This document shows, piece by piece, positions 12,619-26,039 of a stretch of DNA of 64,000 nucleotides (its first letter is position 1; every line of letters starts with the position of its first letter). Origin of the DNA: Azolla caroliniana (Eukaryota; Plantae; Polypodiophyta). A model generated the notes under the pieces. The model did not search any database and had not been told where the DNA came from. It saw nothing but the letters and a program-made list of their open reading frames with translations. The DNA lies in the NCBI GenBank assembly GCA_043228905.1, contig JBHGNT010000001.1:35340001-35404000 (forward strand), given 5' to 3'. A program made the position numbers and the translations under genes.

Positions 12619-13699
12619 AGCATGTGCTTTTTAGCTAAGCACATGTGATCCTCGTGGAACCCAAGTTGTGTGTGACTCACATTAACCCTTGATCGTATGG
12701 GACATCAAGAGGATCGGGTTTATCTCATGTTGTTGCCTTTTCATCAAACCATGAAGTTTTTCTTGGTTCTTGGACTCCTTGTTTATGCATATCATTGTTG
12801 AAAACGTTTAGGACCTTTGTAATGTTCCCCTGATCAAATTGGTTGGGTTTTCCAATAATACCACGTTTTTCCACTTGCGAAACCTCTACTTGACAACCAT
12901 TGTAATCCTCGTGGTCTTCCACCACCTCTTCTTGCCACCATGTCCATGTTGGATTCATCAAAATGTTGTGATACTTGCTAGGAACCACAAAGATTTCGAA
13001 CAACCAAAAGCTCGAGGAACAAAGAGGAATGATTGTGAAATTCAAGAGAAATTCTAAACAATCAATAAGGAGGAATCCTTACATTATTGACAAAGCTTTA
13101 TTAATTTTGGTTTTCCTCTCTCCCGCATTTTCTTTGTTTAACCTCTAAAATCAGGTGCATTGCAAGATGCTCATATGCTACGGAAGCGTGTGCACATATA
13201 CACCTAACATTCATACTTGAATCCACGTGTTAGATTGAATTGTATGCTTTAAGTAGGTATTATGTTTAGGTAAGTGGATGGAAAACCCAATCCTTTACGT
13301 TATTTATGAGTGGAGATTTTAGGCCCTCTAAAAGATGATAGTATACATCACTTGAGACTTGCCTACATCTAATGTGAACTTTGGAAAGGGCAAAGTAAAT
13401 TAGTGATAGTGGAACTGAGTACAAAAAGTTCCCAAGTTACATATTGCGTTAGACTCTATACGGAATCTCAACTATTAAGTGGAAACGTGGGTATTCTAGT
13501 CAAGAGTTGAGGTTTATTCACGAGATGAGAGTACACTGCTAAACTTAAATACATGTTATGGATTTGACCAAATGTATTGAAATAATGAATCATTCAATCC
13601 CTTTGGAAGATGATATTGTATATGCTTTTGAATTCAGATGCAAGAATGGAATTGTAATTGAGACTTTACGAAATGGTATGATCACATGGATGTACTACT

Positions 13700-14010
13700 T
13701 CCAACCACAATGTCTACAAGGCATGCATTAACGTTCTATGAGCTATTAGATGTGACAAATGATATTCTTTGCTTAAACTCGTTTCAGAATCTCTTGTAAG
13801 ATGAATAGATGCTCTACATGCTATCGATGTTGTAAATGAAAAGGAACTCAACATGAACCTTAGGAAAATCAAGGTCATAGTCTTTGATACTACATCACTA
13901 CCAACTCAGAGATTCACAACTATCTCTGAGTAGATAAGGTAGCCATTGTGGATTGATATGTTGTTCTTATATATGTCGAGTTCTACTATTGCGACTCTAT
14001 TTATTGCCAA
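13700..14010 (+). mobile_element. Highly degenerate RTE-type LINE RT fragment
   Basis: Reads VNEKELNMNLRKIKVIVF, equivalent to the GLVVNLTKTK segment of the 17.6-18.9 kb LINE. Confidence 0.35.
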
Positions 14011-17000
14011 AGTGGCACGAGAGAGAATCCAAGTCGAGCACAGTCCCGCGAAGGTAACATGATTTCCACAAGATCCGAATTATGGTGACTTCATCCAAAG
14101 ATATACATCGTACAAGAGTTCAAGAGCTTTTGGCAAATGACCCCACAATGTTGTCCGGACAAGTATGAAAACGTCTCAGGAGAGCTATAAACCTGCTTGC
14201 CAAACCCTAGCAATTGTGGAGATATGGCTCCTGTGAATTGACGATAAGATTTGAAGCCCCCGCATCACTCTGCTTCCTTCAATTCTTTGTGTTAGGATTG
14301 TCCCCACGCATTCATTACTTCTGCCTTGTTGATTCCGCTGAATGATGAGATAGACCATAAATCGGATTCCCTTTGAAGTAGGAACTCAGAAGCTAAGCTA
14401 CTTTCTTTCTGGTGTTCTTCTTGAGAAGGACGTTGTCTTCCTCTGACGCTATCTTTCATAAACATGTGAATGCGTTTTAATGCTTTTGGACGTGACCTGT
14501 GAGCATGATGAGGTAGACCATAAACGGATTCCCTTTGAAGCAAGAACTCGGAAAAAGAGCTTCTTTGCTCGTGTATTCTGGATGTTCTTCTTGAGAATGA
14601 AGCGTCTTTATCTGATTCCAGGTCAGTAGTAAGTACTTAGTATTAAGCAGTTGTTCTCCCATTTCCGTCTAGAATACGAGGTAAACTGAATTATTTTCGC
14701 AAGTAGGGTCTGTGAATAATTAAGGCGCAAACTCTAATACTTTATCAATGGCATCTGGAAGAAGTCGTTCGTGAATGCTGATTTAGTGAATACTGTTTCT
14801 TTAGCCAGTGGAATTCAAATCATTGTTTGGATTTAGAATGAAGGACAAGAACTCTCCAAATTGCCATAGAAAAGCTGAAGCTTTCCCTTCGTTTAACTAA
14901 GACAACATTTCGTCTAACTCACTTGTAGAGTACATTTATGTAGTCCTCGTCAGTTGCTTTTCGAAGTTATGTAGGGTTTTTTCGTGAATTTCTTTCAATG
15001 TGTTTGTGGGAGGTTTCACTAAATTAAAGTATGGTACTGGAATTCTTGGCGTTCTTCCTGATTCACCTCCAGAGTCTATTTAAAATGTCTATTATAAAAC
15101 CATTTCATTGAAATCCTGAGGTGCCATCGAGATTTTATGTTTTCAGCAACAAATTAGTTTTAAATTGGGTTAACTCTTTCGTATTGGAAATATAGTTTTG
15201 CGGAAATAGCAGAAGCAACTAATTCGATATACAATTTAAATAAATGAAGCATGAGCCTGATCATAAGTTCTAATTCTGTCACAGGAATTACAAATTTTAT
15301 TGTTTGGAAATTGCTACGTTAAGATGTGACTAGTGTTGTTTTAATGAAAAGCTGCTGTAAAGGCGTGTGTGTGTTCATTGTGGGAATCAAGCAGAGCAAT
15401 GGTTGATATACATATGCATATGGTTCGTATGCGCATATCGTTTTGGAACGTCAACCTATCACGATTATCTATGAACCAAATCTCATTCATAAATTTAGCA
15501 AATATATTACTTCTTTACGTAAGGTTGATGGTCTGCAGAATATACTGGAAAAATTATGCGTCAATATAAGGAATAGTGGTGAGGAGTATTTATAGTTGTG
15601 CATTGTAATGTATCTGGTGGTGGTGACGAACCTTCTATGATCTCTGAAATGAATTAGCATGCTTTTTGTAATTAGCATGCTCATGAAATTTCCATGAAGA
15701 TGTGTGCCGACTATGCTTATAATGAATAATAATGAACAATAAATCGGTTTGAAGATTTGAAAGTTAGATGAACGTTCGCGATCAGGAGGTGTGTGCATCT
15801 TAAGTACTAAGACAAGAATCGTGAAGAGTAAATCGTATTTTTGAAGTGAGGTGCGTTTGCACTACCATCTTAAGGGTAGGGTAGTCTCCACAAATTATAA
15901 GAAGAATAACATGGCCCATCTGCAATATTTTTAGAAATATGAACATTAATGGGTTGTATGTGATTTCCAAACAGTATGCATTGGAGCATTTTGGAGCTGT
16001 ATAACTTTGAGCAAAATGCTATTGGAATTGGATGAAAAGTGAAATAGTTTGATGTTAAAGTACTTGTGGACAAGGATATTAGTTTAAACGTGTCATGGTC
16101 TTTGGCCACTAAAGATTTGAGGTATTCAAACATGTCATTGTCACTAATATAGAGTTTGGGAATTACCTTGAATGTGGGTATGTGTGAACAATTCATATGG
16201 TGCGATGGGATGAGGGAACGAGGGATAATTGTCACGTTGTGGAAATAGCCTGTAGTATACTCAATTAAAGAAGAAAGAAAGAAAGGTATATTAATGTTTT
16301 CTATGGCCAAATTTAGCCCATGAGACAATTGGTTTACAATGAAAATGGGGTATTTACCCAATCATCGAAAATAAAAAAATCACAAAGAAAATAGAACTAA
16401 GGTAAAAAGGTCTAGCAAAAAAAACAAGTTCCATAAGGAAATGACATTCTACTAGGGCTAGTTTCATTTCCATGTAGCTCTCTCAAAAAGAAGCTGGAGG
16501 TCAATGGGTTTCGATGTGTAGTTAGCTGGTGCTCTGAATAAGAGATATTGTAACAACTCTCGTATGTGGTGTAGCTCATGTTCTGTTATCTTCTTAATTG
16601 TTTTTAGGGGACGTTGAGTTTATTAAAAGCTCAATATCAGAGGGCGTTTGAATGTTCTTTCTATTTAAGCTTGATCAAGAGAGAGGCACATTCATTGTCT
16701 CTCCTTGTTCTTGAAAATTTATCTTAGTTAGATGTTGGTGAATATTAAAACGATTATGATTAACATTTGTAGTTTTTCCTTCGTATATTGTTTTAGCTCT
16801 AAGATATACATATGTAGTCTCTTTATATCTGAGGTATCTAATAGTTTGGAGAGGGTGGGAGAGGGTCTTAGTATGTCTTGGTATTTTGCCCTTATCTCGA
16901 GATAAGTTGGACACTTGAATGGAAAGTGGCACTCATTCTTTATCTCAATTTGACATAACCTACATAGCGTTTCCTCTCTCGAGATATGTTGACATACTAA

Positions 17001-17569
17001 GAGGGAGTAATAGCTTAAGTGCCATACTTAAGACGCCACCTAGAAGGTTGAGCTCATATGTGTATGCTTTACTAACACATAGAGACTTTGTGCTTTAACG
17101 TATTAATACCCCTTCTTAGTAAGGAGACATATATCAAGAACACATGTATACTCTGGTTCCATAAGTCAAAATTGGCCACTTTATGGACGATAAATGTTTT
17201 AATTCTAATTCTAATTAGAACGATCATTATCAATGTCACGTTGGTGAGATTATATCCTAAGTTGTGCAGTGGCCACCGTTAGTGCATTTGTTAAGAATGT
17301 ATATAAATATTTTGGTCATATAATAAAACCTAGGTTAGAGAAGTGCATGAAGTTTTCCTTATAGTACAACGTTTTAGATGGGATTGGCTCTCGTGGGGTG
17401 ATCCATCTATATCGGGGGTATCTTTATTACGGTCCTCATGAGTCATGAGATATTAAACTTTGATTAGTCACATGGTTGTAGTTAAGGGGAGGTAGGTTAT
17501 TAATGTCTATGCCATTTGCAAGTAACCAACACACTATAATGTTATACCAAGAGTTATTATTGTCGTACT

Positions 17570-18890
17570 CATATAGGGATCATGATGCCTTAAAAGCTTG
17601 ACGAAATATCCTTACCTTGTGGTTGGCCATGTATCCCATGAATAAAAACTACCAATTGGAAAAGTGCTTCAACCAATATTGGGGGCAAACTAAACTCTAC
17701 GCTAATAATGTCATGTCTTGTTGTCAATTTGCTTCAGAGTTGACATGATAACATCATCACCAAAGGTCTATAGATACGCCTTGAGCCCATACTACGGATG
17801 CATAGATGAGTGTAGGGTACAATAATGAGTCGAAGAGCGATCCCTTAGTCCGTGGCTCTTGAAAGTATGTGTGGTGGCATTGTCTCTCTACGAGTGAGAG
17901 GGATGCATGCCCTCTCGTTAGGCTATCTTTGGTTGCCTGGGTCATCGAGAATTTACCTGAACGAGCACTAAAAGTGACTCCTAGATATACATATGATATA
18001 ACTAGCTCAATTGGTTTATGAGACGACGTGTGAAATATAGGGCTTTAGTTTTTGTTAGATTCACCACCAATCCTTATTGTGTGCAAAAGTCATCTAGGGC
18101 ATTAAGGTGCTTTTGTAGGTCGTGTTCAGACTCCGAGAGGAAAATTATGTTGTAAGCATAGAGTAAGAGACTAACTTGTGTGCTCCAATGGCTACTCTAT
18201 TGCCTCCCTTACGAGCAATAAAATTAGTGATCTCATCAATGTAGATGCCAAAAAGAGTCGGTGATAGGGGGAACCCTGTTTTATGCCAATGGTGCTTGTG
18301 AAGCAATCGAAGAGGCCACCTGGGCATCTGACACACCGAGAGACTTGCTCATATAGAGCATGGATGGCCCTAATCATGTGATTTGGTATCTCCAAGCTTC
18401 TAAGCCTAGGAACTATGTGAAAGGTTTTGGGAAAGTCCACAAAGCAACAATATAGTTTATTCTTGCGAGCCTTCGTTTGGTCAATTAATCATCTAAGTGT
18501 GAAGATATGGTCAATAGTGGAGAAGGGCCAAGGCTCATCTAAAGCCAGCCCGCTCAGGTGCTCGAAGGCTTAAGTTATCCATATAATCATTGAGCTCTTC
18601 TTCCATTATTGCACCATATAGTGTAGCGAGCGTATGACCTATCATAATGGTCCTACATGTATTTGGGTCCATTGGGTCCCCTTCTTTATGTATAGTGGTC
18701 ACTATGTTCATGGTCCATTGTGGTGGAAAACCCTTGGTGAGGGTGCGGTTAAAGATTAGAGTGAGAAAAGGAGCTAGGCACTCTCGAGCATATATGATGT
18801 GTTCGGCTCACAATCCTGTGTGGTTTACCCTTTGTATATCATGTGAAGTGTTTCTATGGGAGGAAGCCAAACTAGTCATATGGCGAAGTG
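17570..18890 (-). mobile_element. Degenerate RTE-clade LINE reverse transcriptase
   Basis: Motifs CFVDFPKTF, TSTIGIKQG, PLSPTLFGIYIDE, GLVVNLTKTK, SLFDSLLYPTLIYASVVW, interrupted by frameshifts and stops. Confidence 0.85.
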
Positions 18891-19588
18891 CTTGCATGTT
18901 GCAAGTCATTGTGTCTGACATGGTTGGCTTCATTCGTAGTAGCTCTAGAAAACAAAAACAGGCGCACCAAAACGAATGTACGAACAATAAACAATAACAT
19001 ATACACTTGAGTGTCACAACAAAGTGAAGGATGTGGGGAAACGTTACATTTGAAGGTTCTGTCTAGTAGAGGTGAATGAGTACAAAGGGATGGGAATAGA
19101 CACGATCAAAGATGAATTTTCACAAGAGACTTACAATCGTATTGTTCTAGATAGCGCTTTGTGTCCAAGAACAAAGGGGTGCGGTAAACACGAAGTGTTG
19201 TGGTCTATGAGAATGCTTCAATCTTGATGCCAAATTCCAATGATGACCTACAGTAACATACCTACATATATCTATCTGTACATAGTACATACCTACATAT
19301 GTATATGTACATATGTGTCTATGTATATATACGTATATACATACATTCACACTACACAGACGTAGAGAGAGACAGACAGAGAGAGCCACTGCCGGGATCC
19401 TGGCTTCTAAAGTTCTATGTATTAATTCTGTACTGCCTTCTTCTTCTTCTTCTGTACGTCTCTGTTTCCCGCGCTCTGTCTCTCTCTCTTTCTCTCTCCA
19501 GCTGCTTTATCCTTCTCCTTCCCTCGATTCTTCTGCGTGTATTCTTTTCCTTCTTTGTTATCTATTCCTCTCCCTTTTGGAGCGCGCG

Positions 19589-21585
19589 ATGGCCTCTGCA
19601 GAAACGGAGCTTCGTCTCAGCCCTAATAATTCCAAGCCCACTGATCAGGATCGTCCCACGTCGGAAGCAGATTACCAGGAACTCCGCGCACCACCAGGTT
19701 GGCATAAAAAGGTCAAATTCGCAACTTAGTACTCTTCATTTATAACTCTCAAACCCTAATTTTCCAATAAAATGCTCAGAAGTAAAGTTTCCCTCCCGCT
19801 TTTATATTTTGACATATATTATTCTTATTTTGTCAACATCTCCATTATTCTAACCTGCCTAGAGCTCGAAAATTCTTAGTAATTGTATCCCTATGTTTTT
19901 CTTTTGCGGTTAATTCTTTTATTGATTCTGCGGCTTTAAATCTGTCTCGTTTCGTTCACACAAGTGATACTGAATTTTATGTAATTCAATTACGACTCTT
20001 GGAAAATCCTAATCGACGCCTGCTGTGGTAAAACAGAGATTAAAAATCCATCAATAGGCATTAGCTAAAGATACTTTTATCAAATGTGAACCTAATTTTA
20101 AAATTTCATTCTAATTTTCCAGTTGATGGCTTTCAAGAACATCAGGGACCACAGTTAAACATTTTGTTTGAAAGTCATTTGGGATATGTATTTGGATTAC
20201 TGTGCAACTGATTTGTCTTTTTGACGCATGTCAATGAGTTGATTTTCGTTCATCACGTGTCTAGAAATTAAAATCTCCGATAATATAATGAGTTTATAAA
20301 AGTTCATGATCTGAAAGCACCCTGAAGGAACTTTTTATAAAGGGATTTTGTTAGCTCTAGTTTTATGGTAAACGTATAATATAAAACGTTGGAAATATCA
20401 ATCTACTTTCGTTTTTTCCAGTCCAGAGAATATACTTGATAGATTTACATCCTTTGTATATCCTGTTAACTTGATCGTTATCTGCTTTACTGAAATTTGA
20501 TGTTGCTCAAATTGCCACCCTAGATGTCATTTAGTATCATTAGAATGTGCATTTAGTATTTGAGAGTTTTACTCGAAGTTCTTCAGATTGCCACAAGGAA
20601 AGGATCATCAACCCCAAGTCCAAGGGATGTATACTTCATCACACCAGATGGTGAAGAGATCAAATCGAAGAGAGCACTAGATAAGTACCTGAAGTCACAC
20701 CCAGGAGGTCCGACTGCATCTGATTTCGACTGGAGTACAGGTAATGGTTTCTTAGTTTATTAGATTCTTCTTCCTTAAATGTATTAATGAAGGAAGGAAA
20801 TCTTTCTGTTGTAATATATAATAACTGTTGCATGTACGGTAGGCGAGACCCCAACAAGAAGGTCATCAAGACTTAGCTTGAAAGGGAGGCCTAGTCCAGA
20901 GAGTTCAGGATCTACTGGGAAAAGAGCCAAACAGAAAATAGTGAAAGATGAAGATGAGAAGAAAGCTTCAACTGAAGAGGAAGTTCAAGATGATGTCGAC
21001 AAGGCTATGGAAGTAGACACAAGAACGGATGAAGGAAAACCTACAAAAGAGAATGTAGATTTGCCTGAAAAGGAAGAGGAGAAGGAAGGTCCACAAACAG
21101 TAGAGAACGTTATTGAATCAGCTGCAATAGAGGAAGAGGAGAAGGAAGGTCCACAAACAGTAGAGGATGTTGTTGAATCAGCTGCAATAGAGGAAGAGGA
21201 GAAGGAAGGCCCACAAATAGTAGAGGACGTTGTTGGATCAGCTGCAATAGAGGTCAACCATATGGATGTAGAAGACAAGAAAGCTGAAATAGAAACCTCA
21301 AATATAGTGGTTGAAGAAGTGGAAGAAAGTGCTGTGGGTGAAAGCAAAAAGACGGAAGACAATGTTGACTTGAAGGAGAGCAAAACAGAAGAGGTGGAAG
21401 AAAGATTAGAGTGCAAAATAGAGGATGTGAAGACAGGCTTAGAGAACAAAACAGGGGAGGTGAAGGAAAGATTAGACGATAAAGTTGTGGATGTCAAAGA
21501 GAGCAAAAAGGAAAGCTCAGAAACTGTGTTTGAACATTGCCCAGAAGCACCAGATGCCCCCAGGCAGGTTGATGTTAGCACATAG
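19589..21585 (+). CDS. Methyl-CpG-binding domain protein, MBD10/11-like, 3 exons (19589-19711, 20587-20740, 20843-21585)
   Basis: LRAPPGWHKK...DVYFITPDGEEIKSKRALDKYLKSHPGGPTASDFDWSTGETPTRRSSR followed by a long E/K-rich tail; GT-AG introns in phase. Confidence 0.92.
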
Positions 21586-23636
21586 TTTAGCTACTATGTC
21601 AGTACATAGTGTTACTGAGTTAGTAACTAGGGTAACACATAGCTCTTCTGGCTTTGTAACTATGTTAGCCCACAGCTTTTCTAGCAGGGCATTGCGTTCT
21701 ATTTCATAGTTTCTTAGCAATAGGAAGACTAATTTAAAATTATGGACTCATCTAGATAATTAACACATAACCAGCAGGAGGACCAATTTTATTTTTTTAA
21801 GTTTCTTCATTTGTTGTAAACTTAAATGTTTGTATATCGGATTTTGCAACACATCTTAGTCTTCAGAATGTTTGAACTCAAATGGGTAGCATATTTCATT
21901 TGTTCTTTTATATTTGTTGCTATTGACATGCTTCTTTGTTCATCAAACCTCACTAAACCAAAGTGATAATTGATGTTCTAATGATGTGTTAAAAAGGATG
22001 GAAGAGCTTGTGATGGATTAAGATGTGAGGAATTTTTTTACTTGCAACCAAAGTTCTACTTTGTGATAAACGACAATATTTAAGATGCCAGCAGAGCAAT
22101 CTTATTATTCTGGTTGAAATTTTTAAGGTCAAACTTCCATTTTGTGATGATTTAGTTTTTACAACATTTCATATGGAAGCAGAATGCATCTCTCTTTTAA
22201 AATACATTAAGATAGAACTCTCTTAATTGGGTAATTAATCTGTATTAGCTTTTATATCACCAATCGATAATAAACTTATTCCTGGTGATGTATAAATGCA
22301 ACTACACAAATATCTGTGCCAAAATTCCAACCAATCTTGAGACGCACTTACTTATGTTTGAAGTCATTAAACAAGCCCAACAAGTCAAGCACTATAAGTT
22401 CACGTTCCATGGTGCTTCTACTGGCTCTTCAAAATCTATTGTAGCCCTTTTGGTTGTAACAATGGAGACAATCTTCCCAAAAACATCATGGTCAAGTCCA
22501 AATGGAAAGTACAAGAAAACGTAAGATGATTAACGCTAAAGATAGGGCGATACAACTTCCCAATGCGCTCAATGCAGCAGCACAACTGTGCAACTACCAA
22601 ATGTTGTATTCTACCTTCAGTTAGGATTACAGAACTACACCAATCACCAACAAGACTTGCAGGTGGCCATGATACATGAGATGGCTTCTAACCAACCTAA
22701 CACTTACATGGCTGGGGATGCAGCATGGAATGTGACCATACCAAACATAAATTGAGGGCACACAGTAAAGGCACTACCAGTTAATGGGATGAGTTCCTAA
22801 TTCAAACCCAAACCACAGCCAACAGTTATGAATGTGTTAAGGGCACAACATTGGCCCACCTAGAAGAATTACCTTAACAGATAAGTAGGCCTCCAATACT
22901 TCCTCCCAACCTGCAATTCCTATACATGTTGGACCCCCATTGTAAACAAAATTGTTTTACAGTATTTCGACCCTAGCCCATATGTCCAATCTTAGACGAA
23001 TATGCAGTCTCAAGGTTGTGACTATCCTAATAAATAGAATAAAACATTAAATGCAAGCCCCAGTCTGGTGGTCATCATTTCACCCAACAAATAAAACAAA
23101 ACATGTTGATGGGTGAAGCCTCAACTTAGAAGGTCCAGACTTTATCACAACAGATAAAGTTCCAACCTAGAGGCAGACAATTAAGCCAATACACTACAAT
23201 CAAAATAAAACTTCACACCAAAGATAGAAATTACATTGAGGTAAGGGATGCTTACCCTTATAAAATAAGAAGTTAAGACAAATGAAGTCCCCACCTGGGT
23301 TTGAGACTTTCATGAACATAGAAATCATTATCATAGGGAATGAGACTTGAATACAGTATATAAAGAGAATAAAACATGCAGATTGATTTACGTCTCAACT
23401 TAAAGGGACTGGAATAGTACTTAAATCCAAAGTTCATGTACAAAAGCATACACCAATCATCAAGTTTTACCCAAGAACGAAGCCACTGTGCATTAACATC
23501 CCCGCCAAATTGCTATTTGTATCCTGATATTAAGCCGTAAATTAAACAATAGATTTAAATGAAAGATAGGAGCTTGTAAACTCAATGAAACGTTTCCAAA
23601 GCTTATAAAATTTGACCGTTATTTATGAAAAAAAGA

Positions 23637-25519
23637 TCATAAGTTAACCTTTTCTAGATCAATTTTCAGATAATCAGGCAGATCAATATCATTTTCAAGA
23701 TCTCCCTGCAACACAGATCTCAAAGATGATTTCTGCATCGCCTCTTGCTTTTTTTGGAGGAGTGTGGTGAGAACGCTCAGGGATCGAGAGCTATGCCGCA
23801 AGTAGAAGTCCGCAGATAAAATGTTGTGCTCCTCTGCAGAAAGATCCCCATGTTTTCCCTGATTTGCAAACCCAAAAGAGTAATTATATGTGAAAAGGTG
23901 CTTGAATTTTTTAAGGAAAACAAACATAATTTTAGAGACGCATACAAGTCGAGCTTTTCTATCATTGACAGCATGATGCATGACTATGCCCGCTGCAACA
24001 GATACATTGAAAGAGTCCACCATCCCTTCCATTGGGATATAGCACTGTATATCCGAAAATCGAACTGCATCTTCACTAACTCCTCTAAAACAATTGAAGG
24101 CAGAATGGGTGTATCAAATTCCAAGGAAAATACATTGAAATCATGAACTTCATATTTACTTAACATTCTAATAGTGGAAGCTACTATTTTCTCTTAAACA
24201 AATTCATAGTTTAGCTTTTTACAAACCTCAATTCATTGCCAAAGATTACCGCTGTAGGAATGGTCCAATCCATCTCAGATATCGGAACCTATTTCACGGA
24301 TAACTTTCAACTTGTTACCATTTTGACTGCCTTGAAACGCCTTCATTACAAGCAAAACATTGCATTTCTGCACGTTTGCAGTTATACTCTCATGTGCTTA
24401 TCAAGGTAAAAGGAATCATCATATATCTATCCCATACAGAGTGATGACCGATACTTGCTACAGCAATTCGGTAGCCACGTGATTTAAGCTCTTCAATACA
24501 ATCCTTGGTTGAATCAAAAAGTTCAGCATCCAACCACTTCTCTGAACCCATGCTAATGTTTCTATTTTGCTTATACCTAGTCCAATATCAAAACAATGTG
24601 GCATTGAAATCCTCCTTTTGTGGAAAAAAAAGTGCCAAAATGAATAGATAAGATTTTTTTAGAGGTGAGATTACCTCTTTTCTGCCTCGTTTGCTATTAC
24701 ATGTACCGATTGAAATCCAAGTGCATCAGCAGAGCGGAAAACTGCTGCAATATTGCCGAGATCTAGGAGCCCTTCTACCACAGGACATACAGTATAGGTT
24801 CTATTCAGTACTACCCTTTCGATTCTATTTCTCCTCTCTTCCAGCATAAAAGGAGCCAACATCTCCAGGATTCGGGAACTTGTTAGAACTTTGTCTTTCA
24901 CTTTGAACTGATCCATATAAGGGAACCATCGTGTTTCTTCCTGTTCTTCAGTGCCCTGGATCCGAATGGATGCATGGTTTACATTTAGAGTTCGTCTCGA
25001 GGAATCTCTCTTTTTGTAATCTTTATTGGAAGCATCACTATGAGCCGCTATACTATCGTTTGCAACCTTTGATGGGCCAACCACACCTGAGGAGAGTGAC
25101 GGCATACATTGCACAACATCAGAAATGGCCACAAAAGTTCCGCTTCCGAACTTACGTATATATTAATAAGAGCACGCAAAAAAAGCTCTATCATTGTTTT
25201 ATGAAAATTTGCCAATTTGAACACTAAACCCAAGTTCTATCAAAACATTAAGTGCAAGAACCAAACCTGATGTGGGAGGGGTATCTGCAGAATCATGGCC
25301 ATGGGTGAGGCACGCGGTAGTGGAATCCACGTGACGAGCACATGTGAGAGGTTTGGGACGTCGGACCCAACAAAAACCTCTGCGATGATTGTCGCCATTC
25401 CCATAGCCATAGACATAGATGACGATGTTGTGGTAACGGAGGTGCGATCTCGGAGGTCCACGTGCAGAAGCGGTAGAGATGGAGATGGTGGGCGATGCCA
25501 CGAGCCTCCGAAGGCTCAT
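23637..25519 (-). CDS. SpoU/TrmH-family tRNA/rRNA 2'-O-methyltransferase, probably organelle-targeted, 6 exons (25519-25267, 25086-24675, 24576-24438, 24288-24227, 24084-23946, 23858-23637)
   Basis: SPOUT motifs VVEGLLDLGNIAAVFRSADALG, AVIFGNELRGVS, IPMEGMVDSFNVSVAAGI; transit-peptide-like N-terminus. Confidence 0.92.
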
Positions 25520-26039
25520 CGGACACAGACAGAGATACCCGTCACTTCAGTCTTCTCCCCCAAAATACACTCACACTCTTAACTGATAACAGTATCCAAA
25601 GAGAGACAGAGACTGAGACTGAGATAATAGATAGGGCTCAAGAATAATGGCGAGAGACAGGTTATAACTTATTACTATATCATATATGTATGTATGTATG
25701 TATGTATATATGTATTATAGTAATAAGAGTAAGGAAGTAAGTTAAGTATGGCCACAAATTGGTCGTCACGGCCCAGGTCCTGAACGTGGGTAAGACCATA
25801 TTGGCTCTACGGTTGGAATGTACATACATACATTCGTTCTTTTCCAACAAAAAGATACGCCTTCATATTATAAAATCACAAGAAGTACAAACGTTGTGTT
25901 GGATAAATGAATATATCGATTGATTCCCTTATTATACTCGCATCCTTGCTGATTTGATGTGTGTGTACAATAAATAACCACACATATTTGTATACATACA
26001 TACATTCTTTTGTATAACCATTTGTGGCTTATGCTATGA

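Noticed and set aside
15870-16361. 163-aa minus-strand ORF
   Set aside because: Non-ATG start, no motif, AT-rich composition; probably chance or TE debris.
20985-21581. 198-aa Ser-rich minus-strand ORF
   Set aside because: Antisense shadow of the GAA-rich MBD exon.
23637-25519. Functional link between the TrmH-like gene and the nearby tRNA-Ala genes
   Set aside because: 16 kb apart with unrelated genes in between; the enzyme looks organelle-targeted while the tRNAs are cytosolic type.
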